Below, in pieces: positions 56,412 through 64,000 of a DNA stretch of 64,000 bases; positions within the stretch are counted from its first letter, which is position 1, and every line of letters begins with the position of its first letter. Under the pieces are notes generated by a model. It did not search any database. It was not told the DNA's origin and worked only from the letters and a program-made list of their open reading frames with translations. The position numbers were made by a program, and so were the translations under genes. The DNA is taken from assembly GCA_041658985.1 (NCBI GenBank), contig JBAZZC010000001.1, forward strand, positions 65,813 to 129,812, read 5' to 3'. The DNA is from Minisyncoccota bacterium. Lineage in GTDB: Bacteria > Patescibacteriota > Minisyncoccia > Phycocordibacterales > DATDWN01.

Positions 56412-57507
56412 GAATATAGAATGTATAAAGGAAAAACTATCTTACGCTATTTCAAAAGCTGAAAGAATAACAGGAAAGAACATCACCCTTCCTGTTTTAA
56501 GTTGTGTTTTATTGGAAGCACACGACTCTACTCTAACCATAAAAGCAACAAATTTAGACCTTGGGATAGAAATATCCCTTCCTGTGAAGGTAATAAAACC
56601 AGGAAAGGTGGCCGTGTCTGGTTCGGTTTTGTATAATTTTATCTCAAACCTAACAGATAAAAACATTGTTCTAGAAGTTGTTAATGAAAATCTTAAAATA
56701 TCAACAAAACACAATCACTCAACAATAAAAGCTTTTCCAACAGAAGACTTTCCAAATATTCCTAAAATCTCAAAAGAAAAGACATTTACTTTTAATGTCC
56801 CAGGTCTTTTAAAGGGCTTCAAATCGGTAATGTATAGTTCTTCTGTTTCAACAATAAGACCGGTTTTATCAAGCGTGTTTCTTTTTTCCGAAGAAGATGG
56901 GGTTGTTTTTGTTGCTACAGACTCTTTTCGTTTGGCTGAAAAAAGAATTGGTGTAAAAAAACACAAAGAGTTTAATCAAATTTTAATTCCCTTTAAAAAC
57001 GCCGGGGAAATAATAAGAACCCTGGAAGACATTAAAGATGATGTTGAGGTTTGTCTCAATGAAAACCAAATATCTTTTTCTTATGAAGGTCTTTATATTA
57101 CCTCACGAGTTATAGACGGAGTCTTTCCCGATTACAAACAAATAATTCCAAAAGAGATAAAAACAGAGGTAATTGTTTTAAAACAAGACTTAATTACCGC
57201 ACTTCGCATCTCTAATGTTTTTTCTGATAAATTTAGCCAAGTAACTTTTCGTATAAACCCAAAGGAAAAAGTTTTCGAAATAACAACTAAAAACGCAGAA
57301 GTTGGAGAAAACATAAACAACATTGATGCTGTTGTAAAAGGAGATGAGTTGATTATTAGTTTTAATTACAAGTATATAATTGACTGTTTTCAATCAATTG
57401 ATTCTGACAGCGTCTCGCTTTCTTTTTCTGACACAAACAAACCAGTGATTATCCAAGGGGTGGGGGACAAAAGTTTTCTCTATTTAGTTATGCCTATGAA
57501 TAAATAG
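56389..57507 (+). CDS. dnaN: DNA polymerase III beta sliding clamp (alt start 56410)
   Basis: three-domain beta-clamp length and conserved segments (LKATNLDLGIE..., VATDSFRLAEK...). Confidence 0.92.
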   Translation: MTPLLNGMNIECIKEKLSYAISKAERITGKNITLPVLSCVLLEAHDSTLTIKATNLDLGIEISLPVKVIKPGKVAVSGSVLYNFISNLTDKNIVLEVVNENLKISTKHNHSTIKAFPTEDFPNIPKISKEKTFTFNVPGLLKGFKSVMYSSSVSTIRPVLSSVFLFSEEDGVVFVATDSFRLAEKRIGVKKHKEFNQILIPFKNAGEIIRTLEDIKDDVEVCLNENQISFSYEGLYITSRVIDGVFPDYKQIIPKEIKTEVIVLKQDLITALRISNVFSDKFSQVTFRINPKEKVFEITTKNAEVGENINNIDAVVKGDELIISFNYKYIIDCFQSIDSDSVSLSFSDTNKPVIIQGVGDKSFLYLVMPMNK

Positions 57508-57514
57508 GGTAGTA

Positions 57515-57597
57515 AAAAGTTCATAAAGTTATAAAGTCCATAAAGTAGATACAGAAGCATTTACTTTATAAACTTTACAAACTTTCAACTTTATAAC
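57515..57597. repeat. AT-rich inverted-repeat module R4 (after dnaN)
   Basis: aaaagttcataaagttataaagtccataaagt ... ctttataaactttacaaactttcaactttataac. Confidence 0.7.
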
Positions 57598-57605
57598 TCA
57601 ATTTT

Positions 57606-57863
57606 ATGTTTAATATAAAAAATTATTTAGAGAAATTTTCTAGGAGGCTATATTCTTCCGAAGAACAAAAGAAAAAAATCCTAGAAATTATAGAAAAGCA
57701 TACCCAAATAATACTTTCTTTAGAAGAGATGGAAATAAAAAATTATATAATCCATTTAAAAACCTCTCCAGCTGTTTTAAATAAAATTTTTATATATAAA
57801 AGTAAAATACTGGAAGACGTCACCCTACAAGTTAAAGATTTAAAAATTATTGATATTAAATAG
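57606..57863 (+). CDS. small hypothetical protein (85 aa); position after dnaN suggests a possible DUF721/DciA-like protein but not supported by motif
   Basis: clean ORF; synteny only. Confidence 0.35.
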   Translation: MFNIKNYLEKFSRRLYSSEEQKKKILEIIEKHTQIILSLEEMEIKNYIIHLKTSPAVLNKIFIYKSKILEDVTLQVKDLKIIDIK

Positions 57864-57866
57864 TTT

Positions 57867-60029
57867 CTACTGTAGTCCTTGAGATACTGCCCACAACCTG
57901 ACAGAATACTCCCACCTATCAAACTGTGGGTCAAACGTGGGGTTTACCGGGGTTGTTCCTCTTGGGTCATCTTTATTTAGCCAATATAAAATTGAATGGA
58001 CACCACCAGAAAGGACCTCTTGTATAGAGTTGTATGGGATATTTGGGTCAATAACCGGATTTTGTATAATATTTGAAATTCCTCCTTGCCACTTAGCCCT
58101 TAAAACAGGTTTTAGGTCGTAAGAATCTTCTCTTGCTGGTTTTGTAAATGTCTCATTCGGAACGGTTTTTAAGGCTTCATCCATGAAAGCTCGCCACATT
58201 GGTGCCACAATTAATCCAGAGACCTTTTTTGCCATTGGGGTGTTGTCGTTGTTTCCGGCCCAAGTTCCTACAACCAAACTTGGTGTGTATCCTATGGTCC
58301 AAGCGTCTTTGTAGTTATTTGTTGTTCCCGTTTTTACTGCCACCTCACGCTCTCCAAAATAAACAACCGAATTTGCTCCGTATAAAGGGGTTCTTGCTAC
58401 ATTATCAGACAAAATATCACTTATTTTTCTTGCAATTTCAACATCCAAAACACGGTTTGGTTTTGGGCTCAGTTCTTCTAAAATATTTCCCTTAGCATCC
58501 TCAACTCTTAATATGCTAGTATACGAAACTCTTGTTCCTTCGGTTGCAAAAACCCCATAGGCCGAGGTCATATCAAGCAAGGAAACCTCACCACCACCAA
58601 GAACCAAGGTTAGTCCGTACATGTTTGCGTCGCCAAGACTTTCTATGCCCATATTTGTGGCAAGGTCAATAGATTCTTTTATACCAGCCAGATAGAGCAC
58701 TTTTACTGACGGGACGTTTATGGACTGTGCCAGAGCCTCTCGCATAGTCATTGGTCCTCGGAATTTGTCGTCATAATTTTGTGGAGCGTAGCAGGTGCCG
58801 TCTGTGGTGGTGGTGAAATTGTCCAGGGGACATTTTACTGAAAACTGTGTGGGTAAATCAAATAGGGCTGTTTCTGGGGTGTATCCTTTTATAAAAGCTT
58901 CTGCATAAACAAAAGGTTTAAAAGTTGACCCCGGCTGTCTGTGTGCCGTGGTTACATTAAAGTTCCCATCAATTTTTGTGTCAAAATAATCTCGTGAACC
59001 AACCATAGTCAGGATTCCACCTGTTTTTGGGTCTAAGGCCACAAAAGCATCGTTTGAACCGTTGAAGTTTTGCTCATTTATTTCAGCGTACTTTTTTGCA
59101 ATCTCCTCAGCCTTTGTCTGCAGGTCATAATTTAATGTGGTTGTTACCCTCAGACCCCCCTGTTCCAAGACATCAAGCCCATATTTGTTTTCTAAATAAT
59201 CTTTTACAAACATTACAAAATGAGGAGCCTTAATACCCTTATCTTGTTTTGGAAGAAATTCTACTTTTTCATCCATCGCCTTTTTATACTCATCTTCGTT
59301 TATTCTTTCATCACGAAGCATTTCCTTAAGGACCACATTTTTTCTTTCTTCTAATTTATCTTTGTGTGTTCCGTAGGGAGAATAATATGACGGAGCTTGG
59401 GGGAGGGAAGCTAAATAAGCTGACTCAGCAACACTTATTTCTTTAGCTGTTTTTCCAAAGAAAGCCTCGCTGGCTTCTTCTACCCCATATAAACTACCCC
59501 CGTATGAAATTTCATTAAGGTATATGCTGAAAATTTGGTCTTTGCTCAAAACCTTTTCAAGCTTCAAAGAAAGGACAAGTTCTTTTAATTTTCTAGTTGC
59601 TGTTTTATCTCCAGTTAGAATAGAATTTTTTACAACCTGTTGGGTGATGGTTGAACCACCTTGACCAAAACTCAAAGAAACCAGGTTTGCCATAAAAGCC
59701 CTCAAGATTGATAGCGGTTTTACTCCGTGGTGTGAGTAGAAGTCCTTATCCTCAATGGCTAGAGTTGCGGATTTTACATTTTGAGAAATGTCCTCAAATG
59801 GTACAACAGTACGTTTGGTGTTTTGATAAACATCATACAAAAGAATTTTACCTGTGTTATCGTATATCTTAGTGGACTGGCTCACTTTTCTGGCCTCTAT
59901 TGTATCAAGTGATGGGATTTGAAAGGTTGAAACCCAAATAAGAGCGATTCCAGCTAGCAATATCCCACAGGAAAACAAAAAAATAAAAATGTTTCGTAAG
60001 CCGTGGCGTTTCAGTAGGCCTTTCTTCAT
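57867..60029 (-). CDS. class A penicillin-binding protein (transglycosylase + transpeptidase), PBP1A-like
   Basis: N-terminal TM, GT51 motifs (ATLAIEDKDFYSHHG, GGSTITQQVVKN), transpeptidase SxxK/SxN/KTG (QPGSTFKP..., KTGTT). Confidence 0.92.
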   Translation of the reverse strand: MKKGLLKRHGLRNIFIFLFSCGILLAGIALIWVSTFQIPSLDTIEARKVSQSTKIYDNTGKILLYDVYQNTKRTVVPFEDISQNVKSATLAIEDKDFYSHHGVKPLSILRAFMANLVSLSFGQGGSTITQQVVKNSILTGDKTATRKLKELVLSLKLEKVLSKDQIFSIYLNEISYGGSLYGVEEASEAFFGKTAKEISVAESAYLASLPQAPSYYSPYGTHKDKLEERKNVVLKEMLRDERINEDEYKKAMDEKVEFLPKQDKGIKAPHFVMFVKDYLENKYGLDVLEQGGLRVTTTLNYDLQTKAEEIAKKYAEINEQNFNGSNDAFVALDPKTGGILTMVGSRDYFDTKIDGNFNVTTAHRQPGSTFKPFVYAEAFIKGYTPETALFDLPTQFSVKCPLDNFTTTTDGTCYAPQNYDDKFRGPMTMREALAQSINVPSVKVLYLAGIKESIDLATNMGIESLGDANMYGLTLVLGGGEVSLLDMTSAYGVFATEGTRVSYTSILRVEDAKGNILEELSPKPNRVLDVEIARKISDILSDNVARTPLYGANSVVYFGEREVAVKTGTTNNYKDAWTIGYTPSLVVGTWAGNNDNTPMAKKVSGLIVAPMWRAFMDEALKTVPNETFTKPAREDSYDLKPVLRAKWQGGISNIIQNPVIDPNIPYNSIQEVLSGGVHSILYWLNKDDPRGTTPVNPTFDPQFDRWEYSVRLWAVSQGLQ

Positions 60030-60072
60030 AATAATTCATATTCTAACACAAATATGGTCTAAGTGTTTGTCT

Positions 60073-60321
60073 CTACCACTCATCCTTATCATCAAACGAA
60101 TCTTCTAGTAGTAGTTCATCTTCCTCATCAGCAAGAGCGTCAAGAGAGTCGGTTGAATCATCATCATGAACCCCGTGCTTTTTTGGTTTTTTATTTCCTA
60201 AAATTAAATCATCACCAAAATCATCTATTTCTCCTTCATCAACTTCTTCCAACTCTTTTTCTTTTGGGTCTAAATCATCATCCATAATGTTTGAATTAAT
60301 TTCTAAACTTTCTACACACAA
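60073..60321 (-). CDS. highly acidic small protein (82 aa), hypothetical
   Basis: D/E-rich ORF. Confidence 0.35.
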   Translation of the reverse strand: MCVESLEINSNIMDDDLDPKEKELEEVDEGEIDDFGDDLILGNKKPKKHGVHDDDSTDSLDALADEEDELLLEDSFDDKDEW

Positions 60322-60415
60322 AACTTATTTTTTGTGTGTTCCACATATTTGTATCAAATTGTGTATTTTTTGCAACAAGGGTGATTTGTGGATAACTATG
60401 TGATAACATGGGTTT

Positions 60416-61381
60416 ATGTTTATTGATGAATTAACTGTTAATATCTGGGCTGGAAAGGGGGGCGATGGGGTGGTTTTGTGGAGACATGAGAAGGGTATAG
60501 ACCACGCTGGGCCCGGGGGTGGAGACGGTGGAAAGGGCGGGGGTGTCTACCTGAAAGGAGTCCAAGACATTGGGCGTCTTTCCGAGTATCGGTTTGTAAA
60601 AGACTTCAAGGCAGAGAATGGTGGTGCCGGACAAGGAAACTGTATGCACGGTAAGGCAGGGGAAGACATAACCATTGAACTTCCAATCGGTAGTGTCGTT
60701 ACCAACACTCAAACTGGAGAATTTATTGAGGTTTTAAATGCCGAGCCGATATTTTTTCTAAAGGGTGGTTGGGGTGGTTTTGGTAACCATCATTTTAAAA
60801 GTTCGGTCAATATGCGACCAAGAGAATCAACCCCAGGAAAACCGGGCCAGGGAGGTGAATTTTTTATTGAGCTAAGATTGGTTGTTGATTTGGGTTTAGT
60901 TGGACTTCCAAATGCCGGAAAATCAAGCTTACTTAACAGTTTAACCAGGGCTAAAGCAAAAGTTGGTAATTATATATTTACAACACTCTCACCAAATCTA
61001 GGTGACCTATATGGTTTTGTCATTGCTGACATTCCTGGGCTGATAGAAGGAGCAAATGAAGGAAAAGGCCTTGGACATAAGTTTTTAAAACATATAGTTC
61101 GAACAAAAATGTTACTACATTACATTTCTTGTGAAAATGAAAACCCCCTTGAGACATATAACGTCATTCATGAGGAGTTAAAAAAACACGACCCCACGCT
61201 TCTAGATAAAACGGAAGTCATTTTGTTTACAAAAGAAGATTTGGTTGATGGAGATAAATTGAAATCAAATTTTAAATTATTTAAAAAAACCCATAAACAC
61301 GTTTTTTCTGTGTCTATTATTGACGACAACTCCGTGAAGAAACTAAGTGACGAATTAGTAAAAATTCTCCGAAACTTGTAA
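60416..61381 (+). CDS. obg: GTPase Obg/CgtA
   Basis: Gly-rich Obg fold N-terminus (AGKGGDGVV...GPGGGDGGKGGGVYL), G1 GLPNAGKSSLLN, G3 DIPG. Confidence 0.92.
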   Translation: MFIDELTVNIWAGKGGDGVVLWRHEKGIDHAGPGGGDGGKGGGVYLKGVQDIGRLSEYRFVKDFKAENGGAGQGNCMHGKAGEDITIELPIGSVVTNTQTGEFIEVLNAEPIFFLKGGWGGFGNHHFKSSVNMRPRESTPGKPGQGGEFFIELRLVVDLGLVGLPNAGKSSLLNSLTRAKAKVGNYIFTTLSPNLGDLYGFVIADIPGLIEGANEGKGLGHKFLKHIVRTKMLLHYISCENENPLETYNVIHEELKKHDPTLLDKTEVILFTKEDLVDGDKLKSNFKLFKKTHKHVFSVSIIDDNSVKKLSDELVKILRNL

Positions 61382-61391
61382 TATTAGGAAC

Positions 61392-63338
61392 ATGAGTGAT
61401 TATAAGATGACAATTGGGTTGGAAATACACGCTGAATTAAAAACTAAAAGCAAAATGTTTTGTGGTTGCATAAATTCTCCCGAAGGAAAATCTCCAAATA
61501 TATATATTTGTCCAGTCTGTATGGGTCACCCGGGCACCTTGCCGGTAATTAACAAAGAAGCGGTTAAAAAAGTTCTTCTTGTTGGGACAGCTCTTGGCGG
61601 AGATGTAGCTGATTTTACGGAATTTGACCGAAAAAATTACTTTTATCCTGATATTCCAAAGGGATATCAAATTAGTCAGTATAAAAATCCTCTAGTACAA
61701 GGCGGAACTTTGAACAGAGTGAAAATAACACGGATTCATCTAGAAGAAGACACTGCTCGCTCAACACATGACACACCAGGAGTTAGTTTGGTTGATTATA
61801 ATCGGGCTGGGGTGCCCCTAATGGAGATGGTAACAGAACCAGTTATCCACAACAGCGAAGGAGCGATGAGGTTTGCCAAGGAATTTCAGCTTCTTTTACA
61901 ATATCTTGGTGTGTCCGATGCTAATATGGAAAAAGGGGAGATGCGTGTTGAGGTTAATATTTCTGTTGCGAAGCATCCAGAAACATTAACCTCCGCAGAA
62001 GGTCGCCGAAATGACGCAGAGGGTCGCAGACAGGATACATCCGAGCTTTTATATGAAGACCTCACATACAAAATTCGTGGAATACTGTTTGAGGTAAGAA
62101 AAAGACTGGGTTTGGGGCATAAGGAGCAAATTTATCACAATGCTTTAGAAATAGAGTTTAAGAAAGCTAACTTAAGTTTTGAGAGTAAAAAAAATATTTC
62201 TATATTGTATGAAGGTAAGAGTGTGGGCATATATCAACCGGACTTTATCATTGAGAATCAAATTATTATCGAACTGAAGGCATTACCGGAAATTGCTAGA
62301 CCGCAAACAGAACAACTTTGGTCGTATCTCAAGGGGTGTGAATATAAATTAGCACTACTGGTTAACTACGGTTCAAAGGACCTTGAAATAAAAAGGGTGG
62401 TTTACGATACGGCCAGAGAATCGAAATCCATTCAGCGTTTTTCTGCGTCAGGTCTGCGAGAGTCTGCGGTGCCATTTGGTACAAAAGTAGAAATAAAAAA
62501 TATCAACTCTTTTCGTGCTGTAGGTAAGGCCATTGATTTTGAATTTAATAGGCAGACTGCTCTTTTAGAGAGAGGTGAAAAAGTTGTACAGGAAACCAGG
62601 GGTTGGGATGAAAATAAAGAGTTAACTTTTTCTCAACGACTAAAGGAATCGGCTCACGATTATAGATACTTTGAGGACCCAGATTTGCCGAAAATAATTA
62701 TTTCAGAAATCCCAGAATTTTTACCAGCTGAATTGAAAAAACTTTTAGTTGAACTGCCGGAAGAAAAAAGAAAAAGACTAACAAATGATTTTGGTTTGAA
62801 ATCAGAAGATGTGGAGATGTATGTGGGGGACAGAGAAGTGGGAAAATTTTTTGAAACAGTCGCACAAAGTTTGTTGGAATCTATTCCGCGTTTTTCTGCG
62901 TCTAGTCTGCGAGAGTCTGCGGTGACAACAGCATCTAATTACATCACATCTGACATCGTTGGTCTGTCAAAATCAGTAGGTAAAAATTTTACATTTGGAA
63001 AAATAAACAAGGAGGGTTTTATTGGTTTGATGGTTATGATTGGTAAAGGCGAATTGTCTTCTAGGGGAGCCAAGGATATCTTAAAAATAATGTTTGAAGA
63101 AGGAGGTGACCCAAGTGCATTAGCTAATCAGAAAGGACTAATCCAAAAAAATAATTTATCAGAAATAAAATCTCTGGCGGAAAAAATAATTAGGGAAAAC
63201 CCAAAGGTTGTCGAGGAATATAAAAATGGAAAAGAGTCACTACTTCAGTTTTTTGTAGGGCAAGGAATGAAGGAATCAAAAGGTAGTATTAATCCTGAAC
63301 TGTTTAAAAAAGCTGTTTTAGAGCTATTGACAAAATAA
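61392..63338 (+). CDS. gatB: Asp-tRNA(Asn)/Glu-tRNA(Gln) amidotransferase subunit B, with ~160-aa in-frame insertion
   Basis: TIGLEIHAEL...FCGC...CPVCMGHPGTLP, DYRYFEDPDLP, C-terminal YqeY-like domain; 648 aa vs ~480 typical. Confidence 0.88.
   Translation: MSDYKMTIGLEIHAELKTKSKMFCGCINSPEGKSPNIYICPVCMGHPGTLPVINKEAVKKVLLVGTALGGDVADFTEFDRKNYFYPDIPKGYQISQYKNPLVQGGTLNRVKITRIHLEEDTARSTHDTPGVSLVDYNRAGVPLMEMVTEPVIHNSEGAMRFAKEFQLLLQYLGVSDANMEKGEMRVEVNISVAKHPETLTSAEGRRNDAEGRRQDTSELLYEDLTYKIRGILFEVRKRLGLGHKEQIYHNALEIEFKKANLSFESKKNISILYEGKSVGIYQPDFIIENQIIIELKALPEIARPQTEQLWSYLKGCEYKLALLVNYGSKDLEIKRVVYDTARESKSIQRFSASGLRESAVPFGTKVEIKNINSFRAVGKAIDFEFNRQTALLERGEKVVQETRGWDENKELTFSQRLKESAHDYRYFEDPDLPKIIISEIPEFLPAELKKLLVELPEEKRKRLTNDFGLKSEDVEMYVGDREVGKFFETVAQSLLESIPRFSASSLRESAVTTASNYITSDIVGLSKSVGKNFTFGKINKEGFIGLMVMIGKGELSSRGAKDILKIMFEEGGDPSALANQKGLIQKNNLSEIKSLAEKIIRENPKVVEEYKNGKESLLQFFVGQGMKESKGSINPELFKKAVLELLTK
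61984..62473 (+). other. in-frame insertion in gatB encoding a GxxExxY-family PD-(D/E)XK nuclease-like domain, ending in a 36-bp repeat
   Basis: KIRGILFEVRKRLGLGHKEQIYHNALEIEFKKANLSFESKKNISILYEGKSVGIYQPDFIIENQIIIELKAL fits GxxExxY consensus (PD..E.K); insert lies between conserved GatB segments VEVNISV and GTKVEIKNINSF. Confidence 0.6.
62436..62471 (+). repeat. 36-bp direct repeat (copy 1; copy 2 at 62889-62924, 34/36 identical), both in-frame in gatB
   Basis: cgtttttctgcgtcaggtctgcgagagtctgcggtg vs cgtttttctgcgtctagtctgcgagagtctgcggtg; encode RFSASGLRESAV / RFSASSLRESAV. Confidence 0.8.
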
Positions 63339-63349
63339 GTTTTTAATTT

Positions 63350-63598
63350 CTATTGGGTGTTCTCTAGGTGCCTTACAATCAGTTTTCTGACCTCCTTTTT
63401 TGGTGTCCTTGGCACACCCGTTCCAGTTTCAATGTCCATAATCACTTTCTCCAAATCTTCTATTTTATAGACCCTATAATTATTCATTGGGTGGCGGTGA
63501 GCCTTTAGCTTTCCATTCTTATCCCAATTACGCAAAGTTAAAGGAGAGACGTTTAAAATCTTTGAAGCTTGTCTAATTGTTATATATTGATTAGCCAT
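63350..63598 (-). CDS. excisionase/MerR-like helix-turn-helix DNA-binding protein
   Basis: ITIRQASKILNVSPLTLRNWDKNGKLKAHRHPMNNYRVY resembles Xis/MerR-type HTH. Confidence 0.5.
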   Translation of the reverse strand: MANQYITIRQASKILNVSPLTLRNWDKNGKLKAHRHPMNNYRVYKIEDLEKVIMDIETGTGVPRTPKKEVRKLIVRHLENTQ

Positions 63599-64000
63599 AC
63601 TGTTTCTACCATTATAAACCTTACTAATGGTTACTAATCATTATATAAAGTTTATAATTCATTATCAACCTCTGGTGTTCATAACTATTAGAAGTAAAAA
63701 AGTACAAAACACACATTTTACTTCTAAAATTTCTAATTTTTAATTTCTAATTTCTAAATATGGGCATAAATAAAAAATGTTTGATATTAACCATGTTTAC
63801 TCGTTGTAAAAACTTCTTTACGTTGTGTTTTTAGGTTTGTTTAGAAATTGAAAATTGGGAATTAAAAATTGCCTGTATATTCGGGTTTCTCGGCTATCCG
63901 AGATTGCCGAGATGTTTTTATTTATCCACACATTTTTGCTGTTTTGGTGTGTGTCCTAATTGTATAATTTCATCAATGGGTTCTGAACTATTTTTTGAAA

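Noticed and set aside
1-64000. CRISPR arrays
   Set aside because: No arrays of regularly spaced identical 25-40 bp repeats were seen; the repeats present are dispersed palindromes or intergenic modules

Overview
This ~64 kb window looks like a low-GC bacterial chromosome with short intergenic regions and CPR/Patescibacteria (Saccharibacteria-like) character. It spans the replication-origin neighbourhood: rpmH-rnpA-yidC on the minus strand facing dnaA-dnaN on the plus strand. Housekeeping genes supported from sequence are partial rsmE, clpP, rny, hup, cca, xth, rpsO, pnp, comM/yifB, uvrD/pcrA, rsmA, a UbiA-family membrane protein, class A PBP, obg and gatB. There are four tRNAs: Gly-TCC, Pro-TGG, Gly-GCC and Arg-TCG. 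An 11-gene type IV secretion/conjugation-like cluster (39.2-53.1 kb) has a VirB4 ATPase split over two genes, a VirB6/TrbL-like polytopic protein, a pilin-like protein and a 1056-aa secreted Ig-like plus metallophosphoesterase protein. Features a routine annotation would miss: (i) a canonical type III hammerhead ribozyme (31839-31900), which sits in (ii) one of at least seven short, strongly GC-rich islands, each carrying a small gene with host-like promoters and Shine-Dalgarno sites; three of the islands lie next to paralogous TrmB-like regulators. (iii) Several families of palindromic repeat elements are inserted in-frame inside conserved genes (yraN, comM, cca, a serine protease, gatB and T4SS-cluster genes), reminiscent of Rickettsia palindromic elements; gatB also carries an in-frame GxxExxY PD-(D/E)XK domain. 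(iv) A ~170-bp intergenic repeat occurs 3-4 times. (v) A ~105-bp inverted-repeat element overlaps the start codons of two genes, including dnaN. (vi) AT-rich inverted-repeat modules punctuate the origin operons. (vii) An orphan MazF-like toxin cassette is flanked by a 33-bp duplication of the comM 5' end. (viii) Fragments of tRNA-Pro and a frameshifted Xer-like recombinase mark degraded integration sites. All calls rest on reading the sequence and on family motifs recognised by eye; no searches were run.
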